Notes under the pieces: model-generated
The model's database searches: none
The model's input: the letters and a program-made list of their open reading frames with translations, nothing else
What the model was told of the DNA's origin: nothing
Source: an uncultured Verrucomicrobiota bacterium
Lineage (GTDB): Bacteria > Verrucomicrobiota > Kiritimatiellia > RFP12 > UBA1067
DNA length: 64,000 nt
NCBI GenBank assembly: GCA_946610035.1
Contig: CAMOCC010000004.1
Span: forward strand, 3,158 to 67,157
Reading direction: 5' to 3'
Program-made: the position numbers and the translations under genes
Part shown: positions 46,362 to 56,438 of the stretch, one piece after another
Numbering within the stretch: position 1 is the first letter of the stretch
Layout of the letters: the number at the start of each line of letters is the position of its first letter

Positions 46362-47377
46362 AGTCCGCGCTCGCCATCATGCTCGCGGCGTCGTTCGCAA
46401 CCGCCGCGCTCGCCTCGTCCGAAAGCTCGGACGCGATACTGAGGCTTCTCAACTCCAGGTCGGCCGGAAGCCCCCTCCGCTACGCGCAGGCGGCTTCCGT
46501 CGTAGCTGCGGACGCGAAGCGCGGGCTTCCGCTCCAGCAGTTCGTGCTCGCGATAATCGCAGGCGACCCTGATGCGCCGTCCGCCGCGCGGATTCCCGAC
46601 GAACAGCGCAAGGCGTTCCTTGAGGGGGCGCGTCCGAAGATCAAGGCTCTCGCCGAGAAGGGCAACGCCTTCGCGCGGTACCTCCTCTATCTGGAGTCGG
46701 GGGATGTGGACCAGCTGGAGCGGGCGGCCGCCGGAGGCAACGTGCAGGCGCTCAACTCGCTCGGGACGAAGCGGCTCACGGCCGCGCTGGAGCGTCCGGA
46801 CGAACCGGGCTCGCGTGCGGCGATGGAGCAGGCGTTCGGGTTCTTCAAGCGCGCCGCCGCGACGGGGGACGCCAACGCGATCAACAACGTCGGGATATGC
46901 CTCATGAACGGATACGGGTGCGAGAGGGACGAGGCGGGTGCGCTTGAGTGCTTCAGGAAGGCGGGCGAGTCGGGCCACCCCGAGGCGGTCAACAACGAGG
47001 GGCGCTTCCACCGCGAGGGCATAGTCGTCGAGAAGAGCTTCGAGGCCGCGTTCAACTGCTTCAGGAGGAGCGCGGCGCAGGGCAACACGTGGGGGCAGCT
47101 CAACTACGCGCTCGCGCTGATGCGGGGCGAGGGCGCGCCGCGCGACGTGAGCCGTGCGAGGGAGCTGCTCGTGTGCATAGCGATGAAGGGCGTCCCGCAG
47201 GCGATGGACGTGCTGGCGGACCTTTACGAGCGCGGCGACGACGGTGTGGAGGCGGACGCGATGGAGTCGGCCGTGTGGACGGTCCGCGCGCGCGCGGCGA
47301 GGGGCGATGAAAACGCGGCGAAGTGGCTTGATGCCAACGGCAAGCGGCTGGGGAAGTCCGGCGGAGGCGTGAAATGA
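46358..47377 (+). CDS. Sel1-repeat (TPR-like) secreted protein, paralogue of the upstream gene
   Basis: Signal peptide MKSALAIMLAASFATAALA; Sel1 motifs; ATGA overlap. Confidence 0.8.
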   Translation: MKSALAIMLAASFATAALASSESSDAILRLLNSRSAGSPLRYAQAASVVAADAKRGLPLQQFVLAIIAGDPDAPSAARIPDEQRKAFLEGARPKIKALAEKGNAFARYLLYLESGDVDQLERAAAGGNVQALNSLGTKRLTAALERPDEPGSRAAMEQAFGFFKRAAATGDANAINNVGICLMNGYGCERDEAGALECFRKAGESGHPEAVNNEGRFHREGIVVEKSFEAAFNCFRRSAAQGNTWGQLNYALALMRGEGAPRDVSRARELLVCIAMKGVPQAMDVLADLYERGDDGVEADAMESAVWTVRARAARGDENAAKWLDANGKRLGKSGGGVK

Positions 47378-48156
47378 AGATATTGATGATAGGCGACGTG
47401 GTGGGGTCGCCGGGACGGAGGATCTTCAAGCGGGAGATTCCGCGCATCAGGCGCGAGATGGACATCGCGGCCGTCGTGGTGAACGCCGAGAACTGCGCCG
47501 CGGGGTCGGGCATAACCGCCGCGCTGGCGAAGGAGCTCCTCGAGTCGGGGGCGGACGCGATAACGCTCGGCGACCACACGTGGGGGCAGAAGGAGTTCGC
47601 GGGGCAGATAGACTCCGTGGACAGGTTGGTGCGGCCGGCGAACTACGACACCGGATGCCCCGGCAGGGGCTGGCGCATCGTCACGATGCCGACATTCTCC
47701 TTCGCCGTCGTCAACCTCCTCGGCAGGGTCTTCATGAACCCGGCGGACTGTCCATTCAGGGCGGCCGACCGCGTCCTCTCGGAAATCCCGAAGAACATCC
47801 CGGTCTTCGTCGACTTCCATGCGGAGGCGACGAGCGAGAAGATTACGCTCGGGTACTACTTGGACGGACGCGTCACCGCGATTGTGGGGACGCACACGCA
47901 CGTGCAGACGTCGGATGCGCAGGTCCTCCCCAAGGGGACGGCGTACCTGACCGACCTCGGGATGACGGGGCCGTACGTGAGCTCCATCGGACGAGACCTC
48001 AAGCCCGTCACCAAACGCTTCATCACGGGGATGCCGTCGAGGTTCGACGTCGCCGATGGTCCCAGCGTCCTCGAGGGCGCGGTGATAACCTTCGACCCGG
48101 CGACGAAGACGGCGTCCGCAATCGAGACGCTAAGGGTCCGCGAACCGTACCAATGA
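47374..48156 (+). CDS. ymdB: YmdB-like metallophosphoesterase (2',3'-cyclic-nucleotide phosphodiesterase family)
   Basis: MKILMIGDVVGSPGR, NAENCAAGSGIT, DFHAEATSEK, GTHTHVQT motifs. Confidence 0.85.
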   Translation: MKILMIGDVVGSPGRRIFKREIPRIRREMDIAAVVVNAENCAAGSGITAALAKELLESGADAITLGDHTWGQKEFAGQIDSVDRLVRPANYDTGCPGRGWRIVTMPTFSFAVVNLLGRVFMNPADCPFRAADRVLSEIPKNIPVFVDFHAEATSEKITLGYYLDGRVTAIVGTHTHVQTSDAQVLPKGTAYLTDLGMTGPYVSSIGRDLKPVTKRFITGMPSRFDVADGPSVLEGAVITFDPATKTASAIETLRVREPYQ

Positions 48157-48827
48157 CTATCCTCTGGGACTGGAACGGTACGCTGCTGGACGATACCGAC
48201 GCCTGCGTCGCCTCGCTGAACCTCATGCTGGAGCGGCGCGGCGTGAAGCCCATAACGCTCGAATTCTACAGGCGCGAGTTCGCGTTCCCCGTCCGCTCGT
48301 TCTACGAGAAGATAGGCGTCCGCCTCGAGGACGAGGACTGGGACCGGCTCGCGCGCGAATACCACGACACGTACCACGTCCAGCCCCTCAGGCTCAACGC
48401 CGAGGCGGTGCCCGCCCTCGAATTCGCCCGCGCCGCCGGGATGCGCCAGTCCATAATCTCCGCCATGCGGCAGGACATGCTTGAGCGCGACACCGCGGCG
48501 TTCGGGATCGCCGGGTACATGGACTACATATACGGGACGGACAACCTGAACGGCGGCTCGAAGCTGTCGCGTGCGCGCGAACTCCTCTCCCGGCTGGGCG
48601 AGCGCGACATGCGCGAAGTCGTCGTGATAGGCGATGCGCTGCACGACTGGGAGGTGGCGGAGGACCTTGGAGCGAGGTGCGTCCTGTTCTCCGGCGGCGG
48701 ACACTCCGCCGAGCGCCTGGCGCGCGTGGCGCCTACGACGGACTCCCTCGTCGACTGCATACGGCTCGCCAGGTCGCTAGGCGAGGCTCTTCCCGACCCA
48801 GTCGCGCGAGTGCCAGCGTCGCATTAG
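48153..48827 (+). CDS. HAD-superfamily hydrolase (phosphoglycolate-phosphatase-like)
   Basis: ILWDWNGTLLDD motif I, ..VVIGDALHDWE.. motif III/IV; ATGA overlap with ymdB. Confidence 0.7.
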   Translation: MTILWDWNGTLLDDTDACVASLNLMLERRGVKPITLEFYRREFAFPVRSFYEKIGVRLEDEDWDRLAREYHDTYHVQPLRLNAEAVPALEFARAAGMRQSIISAMRQDMLERDTAAFGIAGYMDYIYGTDNLNGGSKLSRARELLSRLGERDMREVVVIGDALHDWEVAEDLGARCVLFSGGGHSAERLARVAPTTDSLVDCIRLARSLGEALPDPVARVPASH

Positions 48828-50105
48828 TATCACGCCGCGCAGGTTCTCGTCGAGGGAGAAGGCGATCCACGCGCCTACGAGCCCCCATCCGAGCGGGAAT
48901 GCGAAGAGCCATGCGACGCCGACGGCGACGCCCCACTGGAAGACAATGCCGACGACGAGCGGGTATATCGGGTCGCCTGCGGCGCGGAGGGTGCTGCATG
49001 CGAAGATGTTCCTGACGCGTCCGACCTCCAGCGTCACGTCTATCCAGAGGATGATCGTACCGAGGCGTATGATCTCCGGGTTGTCGGTGAGAATGCGGAA
49101 GATGAACGGCCCCGCGAGGGCGAGCGGGACGGAGCCTGCGAGGGTGACGACGAGGCTGCTGCGCACGAGGAGGTTCCCCATTATGTAGGCCGGACGGTAG
49201 CTGCGCCGGCCTACGAGGTGCCCGATGAGGATGTCCCCTCCCTGCGTCACGCTCAGGCAGAAGAGGTAGACGAACATGATCATGTTGACGGCGTATGTGC
49301 GCGTCGTCAGCGCGTCCGTCGAGATCCGGTTTATGAAGTACGTGATCACCACCTGAGAGAGGCAGTAGGAAATCTCCTCCCCGATGGCCGGGATGCCGAA
49401 CTTGAAGAGGTTTGCGAGCTCGCGCCACGGGAAGGGCGTGAACAGGGAGATCGGGAAGCGGCGGATGTGGACGCGGGTGTGGATCGCGGCGAGGAGGGCG
49501 AAGGAGACGACGCGACTTACGGCTGTCGCCCACGCGGCGCCGGCGACGCCCATTTCGGGGCATCCGCAGTGTCCGAATATGAGAAGGTAGTTCCCCGCGA
49601 CGTTTACGACGTTCGCGATCGCCGTGACGACCATCGGGGCCTTCACGCGGTCGACGCTCCTGAGCGATGCGCTGAAGGTGAAGGCCAGCGCCTGGAAGAA
49701 GGACAGCGCGCCCGTGATGCGCAGGTAGACGGCGCCTTCGGACATCAGCTCCTCCCGGAGCCCCATGAAGCGGAGGACCTCCTCGGCCCGGAGGAAGAGG
49801 AATGCGCTCGCGGAGAGCCCTACGACGGCGTTGACGGCGAGGGCGATGCCGACGACCTGGACGAGGCGCCTGCGAAGGCCCGCGCCGTGGTACTGGGCGC
49901 ATACCACGCCGACGGCGACGGAGACGAACTGGTAGACGAGGAAGACCAGCATGACGAGCTGGTTGTCGAGCCCAACGGCGGCGACTGCGCCGTCCCCGCA
50001 GCTGGAAAGCATGAACGTGTCCACCGCGCCGACGAGCATGACGAGTGCTATCTCCACGAATATGGGGAGTGCCAGTTTTCTCAGCCTTGTCCTAAGCGGT
50101 TCCAT
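48777..50105 (-). CDS. MATE-family efflux transporter
   Basis: 442 aa, 12 predicted TM segments, ..LALPIFVEIALVMLVGAVDTFMLS.. N-terminus typical of MATE; 3' end overlaps the convergent HAD gene by 51 nt. Confidence 0.85.
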   Translation of the reverse strand: MEPLRTRLRKLALPIFVEIALVMLVGAVDTFMLSSCGDGAVAAVGLDNQLVMLVFLVYQFVSVAVGVVCAQYHGAGLRRRLVQVVGIALAVNAVVGLSASAFLFLRAEEVLRFMGLREELMSEGAVYLRITGALSFFQALAFTFSASLRSVDRVKAPMVVTAIANVVNVAGNYLLIFGHCGCPEMGVAGAAWATAVSRVVSFALLAAIHTRVHIRRFPISLFTPFPWRELANLFKFGIPAIGEEISYCLSQVVITYFINRISTDALTTRTYAVNMIMFVYLFCLSVTQGGDILIGHLVGRRSYRPAYIMGNLLVRSSLVVTLAGSVPLALAGPFIFRILTDNPEIIRLGTIILWIDVTLEVGRVRNIFACSTLRAAGDPIYPLVVGIVFQWGVAVGVAWLFAFPLGWGLVGAWIAFSLDENLRGVILMRRWHSRDWVGKSLA

Positions 50106-50116
50106 GTGCGCCGCGT

Positions 50117-50125
50117 ATTATAGCA
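50117..50125 (-). promoter_or_regulatory. Extended -10 promoter (reverse complement TGcTATAAT), 11 nt before the MATE start codon
   Basis: Exact TGnTATAAT on the minus strand. Confidence 0.4.
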
Positions 50126-50264
50126 TATCTCGACAGAGTCTGGCTACGGCGACATTGACTGCACCGTCCAGTCGCGATTCGTTTGTAAATGCGACGACGG
50201 ACCCGTTACACTTAATGTAAAGCGAGGGCGCGGTATTCGCCGCCAGGCCCGTGTTTCAGGCGGT

Positions 50265-50280
50265 TGGCACGGTATTTGCT
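50265..50280 (+). promoter_or_regulatory. Sigma-54 (-24/-12) promoter upstream of glnN
   Basis: TGGCAC-GGTAT-TTGCT matches TGGCAC-N5-TTGCW with correct spacing, about 45 nt before ATG 50325. Confidence 0.7.
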
Positions 50281-50324
50281 AATGTGTTCGGCGGATGCAT
50301 GGAGCGTCCGGAAAGGAAACACAA

Positions 50325-52424
50325 ATGGAAGAAGCGATGAAGGTGACGGCGTTCGGCGCGGACGTGTTCGGCGCGGAGGCTATAAAGGAATACCTCCCCA
50401 AGGAGACGGCGAAGAAGCTTCAGGGGACGATCGAGAAGGGCGAACCGCTCGATCCGTCGATCGCGGGCGAGGTCGCCCACGCGATGAAGCACTGGGCCAT
50501 GGATCGCGGTGCGACGCACTACACGCACTGGTTCCTCCCGATGACCGGCGCGACCGCCGAGAAGCACGACTCCTTTCTGGAGCTCAAGAACGGCGAGCCG
50601 ATCATGGCGTTTTCGGGCAAGAACCTGATCGTCGGCGAGCCGGACGCGAGCTCGTTCCCCTCGGGCGGCATACGCTCGACCTTCGAGGCGCGCGGCTACA
50701 CGGCGTGGGACCCGACCTCGCCCGCGTTCATCAAGCGCCACGGCAACGGCGCGACGCTGTGCATACCGACAGCCTTCTGCGCATACACGGGCGAGGCGCT
50801 CGACAAGAAGACGCCGCTGCTGAGGTCCATGCAGGCGCTGGACAAGTCCGTTAAACGGCTGATGAAGCTCTTCGACCTCCCCGAGGCGCACGTCGGCTGC
50901 ACGCTCGGCGCGGAGCAGGAGTACTTCCTCGTTGACAAGAAGTTCTGGGAGAGGCGCCCCGACCTCGTCATGACGGGCCGCACGCTCTTCGGCGCGCCGT
51001 CCGCCAAGGGGCAGCAGCTGGAGGACCACTACTTCGGCATGATTCCGCAGCGCATCCTCGACTTCATGCACGACGTCGAGCTGGAGCTGTGGCGGCTCGG
51101 CATACCGGCGAAGACGCGCCACAACGAAGTCGCGCCGGCGCAGTTCGAGCTCGCCCCGCAGTTCGAGGAGCTGAACCTCGCCACCGACCACAACATGATC
51201 GTCATGGATACGCTGAGGAACGTCGCAGAGCGGCACGGCATGAAGTGCCTCCTCCACGAGAAGCCGTATGCGGGGGTGAACGGGTCCGGCAAGCATAACA
51301 ACTGGTCCGTCAGCTACGGCGGAAGGAACCTCCTCGACCCCGGCACGAACCCTCAGGAGAACGCGATATTCCTCACGGTCCTGTGCGCAGTCATCGAGGC
51401 GGTCGACAAGCATGCGGATCTCCTGCGCGCCTCGGTAGCGGGCGCGGGCAACGACCACCGCCTCGGCGCGAACGAAGCGCCGCCCGCGGTCATCTCCATC
51501 TACCTGGGCGACCAGCTCGCAGAGGTCGTGGACCGCATCGAAAGGGGAGTCGCGGGTGTCGCGAAGGAGGCCGGCGAACTAAAGGTTGGCGTGGATACGC
51601 TGCCGCCGCTGCCGAAGGACGCTACGGACCGCAACCGCACGTCGCCGTTCGCCTTCACGGGCAACAAGTTCGAGTTCCGCGCGCCCGGTTCCAGCGTATG
51701 CTGCGCGGGTCCGATGACGGTCCTCAACACGATTGTCGCGGAGGCCGTGGACCGTCTTGCGGACGAGCTCAAGAAGAGCGGCACGACGGGGAAGGCGAAG
51801 CCCGGCGAACACACGGAGGCGTTCCACAAGGCGCTGCAGGAGATCCTGCAGAAGTCGCTTTCGGAGCACAAGCGCGTCATATTCAACGGGAACGGCTACG
51901 AGACGGGCTGGCTCGATGAGGCGGCGAAAAGGGGCCTGCCCAACGCGCCGACATCCGTCCAGGCGCTCGCCGCGCTCGACAAGAAGGAGAACGTCGCGCT
52001 CTTCGAGAAGTACGGCGTCCTCTCCGCGAGGGAGATTGCATCGCGGCACGAGATACTGCTCAACGACATAGCGGACAAGGTGCGCATCGAAGGCGCATGC
52101 GCCCGCGACATGGCGTCCGAGATGATCCTCCCCGCGGTCAAGGCCGAATACGCCCTTACGGTCGACGCCTTCTCCAAGGCGGAGCACACGGGCGTGTCAA
52201 GCGGGACTGCGGCGCTCAAGGAGGACCTCGTCGAGCTCGGCACGGGGCTTGACGCCCTTAAGTCCGGCATACGCAAGCTCGATTCGGCTTTGGACGGGAA
52301 GCGCACTGACACAGTCTTGAACGAGATGCGCGCGCTGCGGCAGACGGTCGACACCATGGAGCACCGCGTCGCGGACTCGAGATGGCCTCTTCCCAAGTAT
52401 CGCGACATGCTGTTCCTGTATTGA
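50325..52424 (+). CDS. glnN: Glutamine synthetase type III
   Basis: About 700 aa, N-terminal ..FG.DVF......YLPKE...L...I.. and central GS catalytic motifs (..[10 protein letters not shown]..). The ATG at 50325 is preferred over 50295 because of the AGGAAA SD and the sigma-54 promoter position. Confidence 0.85.
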   Translation: MEEAMKVTAFGADVFGAEAIKEYLPKETAKKLQGTIEKGEPLDPSIAGEVAHAMKHWAMDRGATHYTHWFLPMTGATAEKHDSFLELKNGEPIMAFSGKNLIVGEPDASSFPSGGIRSTFEARGYTAWDPTSPAFIKRHGNGATLCIPTAFCAYTGEALDKKTPLLRSMQALDKSVKRLMKLFDLPEAHVGCTLGAEQEYFLVDKKFWERRPDLVMTGRTLFGAPSAKGQQLEDHYFGMIPQRILDFMHDVELELWRLGIPAKTRHNEVAPAQFELAPQFEELNLATDHNMIVMDTLRNVAERHGMKCLLHEKPYAGVNGSGKHNNWSVSYGGRNLLDPGTNPQENAIFLTVLCAVIEAVDKHADLLRASVAGAGNDHRLGANEAPPAVISIYLGDQLAEVVDRIERGVAGVAKEAGELKVGVDTLPPLPKDATDRNRTSPFAFTGNKFEFRAPGSSVCCAGPMTVLNTIVAEAVDRLADELKKSGTTGKAKPGEHTEAFHKALQEILQKSLSEHKRVIFNGNGYETGWLDEAAKRGLPNAPTSVQALAALDKKENVALFEKYGVLSAREIASRHEILLNDIADKVRIEGACARDMASEMILPAVKAEYALTVDAFSKAEHTGVSSGTAALKEDLVELGTGLDALKSGIRKLDSALDGKRTDTVLNEMRALRQTVDTMEHRVADSRWPLPKYRDMLFLY

Positions 52425-52698
52425 TGCGGCAAACCGGAGCGCCCTCTGCCACATGGGTGCGGATGTGGCAAGGGCGCCCCCGCCCTTGCGCGACTTGACT
52501 GGGAGAAGCGTCGTCTCGACGCTTCATGTAAAGGGCGTTGAGCGGTCGACTTCCCAGTCACACCCTATTCGCCTCCCTCGCGTGCTCCTGATCCTTTTGA
52601 GCCCGCGCGAGAGTTGTGAATGTCCGTCGCGGAGCGAACATCCTTTCTTGCGACAAGTTTTTTTAGGCAAATGGGTAGGGTGCGGGGCGGGGAAAATA

Positions 52699-52707
52699 TG
52701 ATATAAT
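52699..52707 (+). promoter_or_regulatory. Extended -10 promoter TGaTATAAT, 6 nt before the ATG at 52714
   Basis: Exact TGnTATAAT; spacing implies a leaderless transcript. Confidence 0.5.
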
Positions 52708-52713
52708 AGTAGC

Positions 52714-54135
52714 ATGAAAAACTATCTAGCGATCGACATTGGCGCCAGTTCGGGGCGCCACATCATCGGAAATGTCAGGGACGGCAAGATTTCGCTTGAG
52801 GAGGTCTACCGCTTCGACAACGGCCAGATCCGCAAGGGCGGACACGACTGCTGGGACATCGAAAAGCTCGTGGAATCGGTGAAGGCGGGCATTGAGGCGG
52901 CCATGGCGAAAGGTCCCGTCGACTCCATCGGCATCGACACGTGGGGCGTCGATTTCGTCCTCCTCGATGCGGACGGCAACCTCGTCTCCGATGCGGTCGC
53001 CTACCGCGACGCGCGCACGGCGGGAGCGGACGCGGAGATCGAGTCCCAGGTCCTTTCCTTCGCAGACCTCTACTCGCGCGCCGGAATCCAGAAGACGAGC
53101 TTCAACACCATCTACCAGCTCTGGGCGCTCAAGAAGGAGCATCCCGAGCAGCTTGAGAAGGCGGCCAGCTTCCTCATGGTGCCCGAGTACCTGAACTACC
53201 GCCTCACCGGGAACATCGTCCACGAGTACACCGACTCCTCGACGACTTCGCTCCTGGACGCTGCGAAGAAGGACTGGGACTGGGACCTCATCGACCGCCT
53301 CGGGCTCCCCAGGCGCATCTTCGGCAAGCTTGAGATGCCGGGCGCGACGGTGGGCGAGTACAAGGGCGTCAAGGTCGTCCTCCCCGCGATGCACGACACC
53401 GGGTCGGCATACCTCGCCGTCCCCGCGCGGGACGACAAGGCCGTGTACCTTTCGAGCGGAACGTGGTCGCTTCTCGGAGTGGAGAACGAAAGCCCGATCA
53501 CTACGCCCGAGAGCTGCGCGGCGAACTTCACCAACGAAGGCGGCGCGTGGGGACGGTACAGGTTCCTCAAGAACATCATGGGACTCTGGATGATCCAGTC
53601 CATCCGCCGCGAGCTGAACGGCGTATCCTACGTCGAGGGGAAGGGCGCGGAGGCGACGGCGACGGCGCTCGCGGCGCTTGCGGACTACGAGAAGGGGCGC
53701 AAATACTCCTTCAACGACCTGGAGATGGCGGCAAGGGCCGCGGACTCCTACCTGGTCACTGTTGACGTCAACAGCCAGCGTTTCCTCAATCCGGCGTCGA
53801 TGATCGGCGAGGTGATGTCCGCCGCCGGCGAGGAGGGCCTTGCGCCGAAGACGGTCGGCGAGGTGATGCAGTGCGTCTACAAGTCGCTTGCGGAGTGCTA
53901 CGCCTCGGCGATTGCGAACCTCTCGGAGTTGACCGGCAAGACATACACCTCCGTCAACATCGTCGGCGGCGGTTCGCAGGACAAGTACCTCAACGCGCTC
54001 ACGGCGGAGGCCACGGGCCTCGAGGTGTTCGCGGGACCCGTGGAGGGGACCGCGATAGGCAACCTGATCGTCCAGATGATCGCGGGCGGCGAGTTCGCCG
54101 ACCTTGCCGAGGCGCGCAAGGCGATTGTCCGCTGA
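52714..54135 (+). CDS. rhaB: FGGY-family sugar kinase, rhamnulokinase-like
   Basis: YLAIDIGASSGRHI.. N-terminus, ..GIDTWGVDFVLLD.., C-terminal ..IVGGGSQ...LN.. motifs. Confidence 0.65.
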   Translation: MKNYLAIDIGASSGRHIIGNVRDGKISLEEVYRFDNGQIRKGGHDCWDIEKLVESVKAGIEAAMAKGPVDSIGIDTWGVDFVLLDADGNLVSDAVAYRDARTAGADAEIESQVLSFADLYSRAGIQKTSFNTIYQLWALKKEHPEQLEKAASFLMVPEYLNYRLTGNIVHEYTDSSTTSLLDAAKKDWDWDLIDRLGLPRRIFGKLEMPGATVGEYKGVKVVLPAMHDTGSAYLAVPARDDKAVYLSSGTWSLLGVENESPITTPESCAANFTNEGGAWGRYRFLKNIMGLWMIQSIRRELNGVSYVEGKGAEATATALAALADYEKGRKYSFNDLEMAARAADSYLVTVDVNSQRFLNPASMIGEVMSAAGEEGLAPKTVGEVMQCVYKSLAECYASAIANLSELTGKTYTSVNIVGGGSQDKYLNALTAEATGLEVFAGPVEGTAIGNLIVQMIAGGEFADLAEARKAIVR

Positions 54136-54148
54136 CAGACGTTCCTGT

Positions 54149-55507
54149 ATGGGAAGGCGCCTCAGCAGAGCGAAAAGGAGAATGGTCCGGACGGGCCGCC
54201 GCATCTCCAAGTCCAGCTGGAAGTTCTTCTGGGCCGGGGGCGGCATTTCGCTCAGGACGGGGCGGTTCCTCGGCGAGTCCATGCTCGTGGGCATCCTCGC
54301 CGGGTTCGTCGTCGTCGGCTTCCACTGGATGCTGAGGCTTGGCTGGGAGTACATATTCAACGCGCCGTGGAGGACGGAGCATCCGTGGGTCATGGCGCTG
54401 CTCCCGGCCGTCGGCGCGCTCCTGGGCTACATTCTCATAAAGCGCTTCGACTCGCTGGAGCACGCCCGCGGGACGGACAGCGCCATCCTCGCCTACCACA
54501 GGCGGCACGGCTACGTCCCGCCCGCCGTCATACCGGTGAAGTCCACGGCGTCGGTCCTCACCGTCGCGTCCGGCGGTTCGGCGGGATACGAGGGCCCGGT
54601 GACGCTTCTGGGCGCCTCCTGCGGGAGCCTTGTGGCGTCATGGTTCGGACTCTCATCCCATGCGCGGCGAATCCTCATGACGGCGGGGCTTTCGGCCGGC
54701 ATCGCGGCGCTCTTCCAGGCTCCGCTCGCGGGCGCGATCTTCGGGTTCGAGATCCTCTACTCCTCAAGCGACGTCGAGTACGAGCCGATACTCCCGTGCT
54801 TCATAGCGTCCGCCATCAGCTACACGATCCACGCCTGCTTCTTCGGATGGGAGACGCTCTTCCACATGCCGGAGGCTGCGAGATACGACAACGGGCTGAG
54901 GCTGCTCCCCTATTTCGTCCTCGCGCTCGTCATCGCGTTCGGGGCGAGGTTCTACATCAGCGTCTTCCGCGCGGCTGAGCGGGCCTTCGCTCAAGTGAGG
55001 CTGCCGGGGTCCGTCAAGGTCGCGGTCGGCGGGCTTGCGACGGGGCTTCTCGGGCTCTTCATACCCGAGATACTCGGGACGAGCTATCCGACCATCGCGA
55101 GGAGCCTCGATCCGTCCGGCGTGACCGTCTGGTGGCTTCTCGCGTTCTTCTTCGTCAAGGTAATCGCAACGTCCTTCACCGTCGGCTCGGGCGGTTCCGG
55201 CGGCGTGTTCGCCCCGGCGATCGCATGCGGCGGCACTCTGGGCGCGGCCGTGGGAATCGTCTGCCACTGGGTGTGGTCCTCGATAGGCGTCCATCCGGCG
55301 TCCTTCGCGCTCGTGGGCATGGCGGGGTTCCTCGCAAGCTGCAACCGCATCCCCATCGCGGCGATCGTGCTCGTATCCGAGATTTCGGGCAACCACCAGC
55401 TGCTCCTTCCGGCGATGTGGGTGTGCTGCATCAGCTTCTGGATCAACAACGGCTGGACCCTCTACCGCAGCCAGGTCCACAACCGCGAATCCTCCCCCGT
55501 CCATTAA
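54149..55507 (+). CDS. ClC-family voltage-gated chloride channel/antiporter
   Basis: GSAGYEGP and GGSGGVFAP selectivity motifs, multiple TM helices; start uncertain (54149 or 54182). Confidence 0.8.
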   Translation: MGRRLSRAKRRMVRTGRRISKSSWKFFWAGGGISLRTGRFLGESMLVGILAGFVVVGFHWMLRLGWEYIFNAPWRTEHPWVMALLPAVGALLGYILIKRFDSLEHARGTDSAILAYHRRHGYVPPAVIPVKSTASVLTVASGGSAGYEGPVTLLGASCGSLVASWFGLSSHARRILMTAGLSAGIAALFQAPLAGAIFGFEILYSSSDVEYEPILPCFIASAISYTIHACFFGWETLFHMPEAARYDNGLRLLPYFVLALVIAFGARFYISVFRAAERAFAQVRLPGSVKVAVGGLATGLLGLFIPEILGTSYPTIARSLDPSGVTVWWLLAFFFVKVIATSFTVGSGGSGGVFAPAIACGGTLGAAVGIVCHWVWSSIGVHPASFALVGMAGFLASCNRIPIAAIVLVSEISGNHQLLLPAMWVCCISFWINNGWTLYRSQVHNRESSPVH

Positions 55508-55601
55508 AATGATATTTCCAGTTGAATTTTCACCGCCAATATGAGAAAATATTAGGCGATAGCCAGGAATGGGTCCTGACTTAGGTCTTAAGGAGACAAA
55601 G

Positions 55602-56330
55602 ATGAAGAAGTTGAGTCTGGTTCTGCTGTCGTCAGTAATCGCTGGTACTGTCCTCGCTCGCGACATGTACAGCAACGAGGAGCACCCCGTCACGTGGGTC
55701 GAGCTCAGCCTTGCGACGCCCGTACAGGTGCCGCCTGCGAACTGGACCGTCAAGGGCCTCCGCTGCAACCTCATATACGGCGAGAGCTTCGACGTCTACG
55801 GCATCGACCTCGGCTTCGCGGGCCTTGCGCGCGGTTCGGCTGCGGGCATCAAGCTGTACGGGACCGTCGACTGGGTGGACGGCGACTTCGCCGGCGTCCA
55901 GGTCTCCGGCCTCTCCGACGTGGTTGTCGGCAACGCGACCGGCCTTCAGCTGTCCAGCCTCGTCAACTATACGCGCGGCGAGTTCACGGGCGTCCAGCTC
56001 TTCTCGCTCGTAAACTTCAACGGCGCGTTCAACGGCGTCCAGCTGGGTGGCTTCAACTACGACAAGGGCATCTGCTGCGGCTTCCAGCTCGGCGTCGCCA
56101 ACGCGGCGGTGAACGAGTACCACGGCTGGTCCATCGGCGCGGTCAACTACGCCGAGCGTCTCTACGGCCTCCAGCTCGGCGCGATCAACATAGCGGCGGA
56201 GAACGGTCGCGGTGTCCAGATCGGCGTCTTCAACTGCGCCAAGTCCTATACGGGGCTCCAGATCGGCGTTCTCAACGTGCTCGACAACGGCGAGCTGCCG
56301 ATCATGCCCGTCCTCAACGCGCACTTCTAA
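55602..56330 (+). CDS. Secreted repeat protein with about 10 copies of a G(V/L)Q(L/I)G..N-type motif
   Basis: Signal peptide MKKLSLVLLSSVIAG; regular ~18-20-aa periodicity; C-terminal ..LPIMPVLNAHF. Confidence 0.55.
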   Translation: MKKLSLVLLSSVIAGTVLARDMYSNEEHPVTWVELSLATPVQVPPANWTVKGLRCNLIYGESFDVYGIDLGFAGLARGSAAGIKLYGTVDWVDGDFAGVQVSGLSDVVVGNATGLQLSSLVNYTRGEFTGVQLFSLVNFNGAFNGVQLGGFNYDKGICCGFQLGVANAAVNEYHGWSIGAVNYAERLYGLQLGAINIAAENGRGVQIGVFNCAKSYTGLQIGVLNVLDNGELPIMPVLNAHF

Positions 56331-56360
56331 GTTTCACAGTAAACGGAATCGGGGAGTTTG

Positions 56361-56398
56361 GAAGTTTGGAATCTTTTGACTCCAGGCGTCCAAACTTC
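56361..56398 (+). terminator. Hairpin after the repeat-protein gene (possible terminator)
   Basis: Perfect 10-bp stem GAAGTTTGGA / TCCAAACTTC, 18-nt loop, weak T-rich tail; left arm is part of an AGTTTGGA x2 tandem. Confidence 0.35.
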
Positions 56399-56438
56399 TT
56401 GATTTCATAAAAAAAACGAACAGAAAAGAGCAAGTAAC

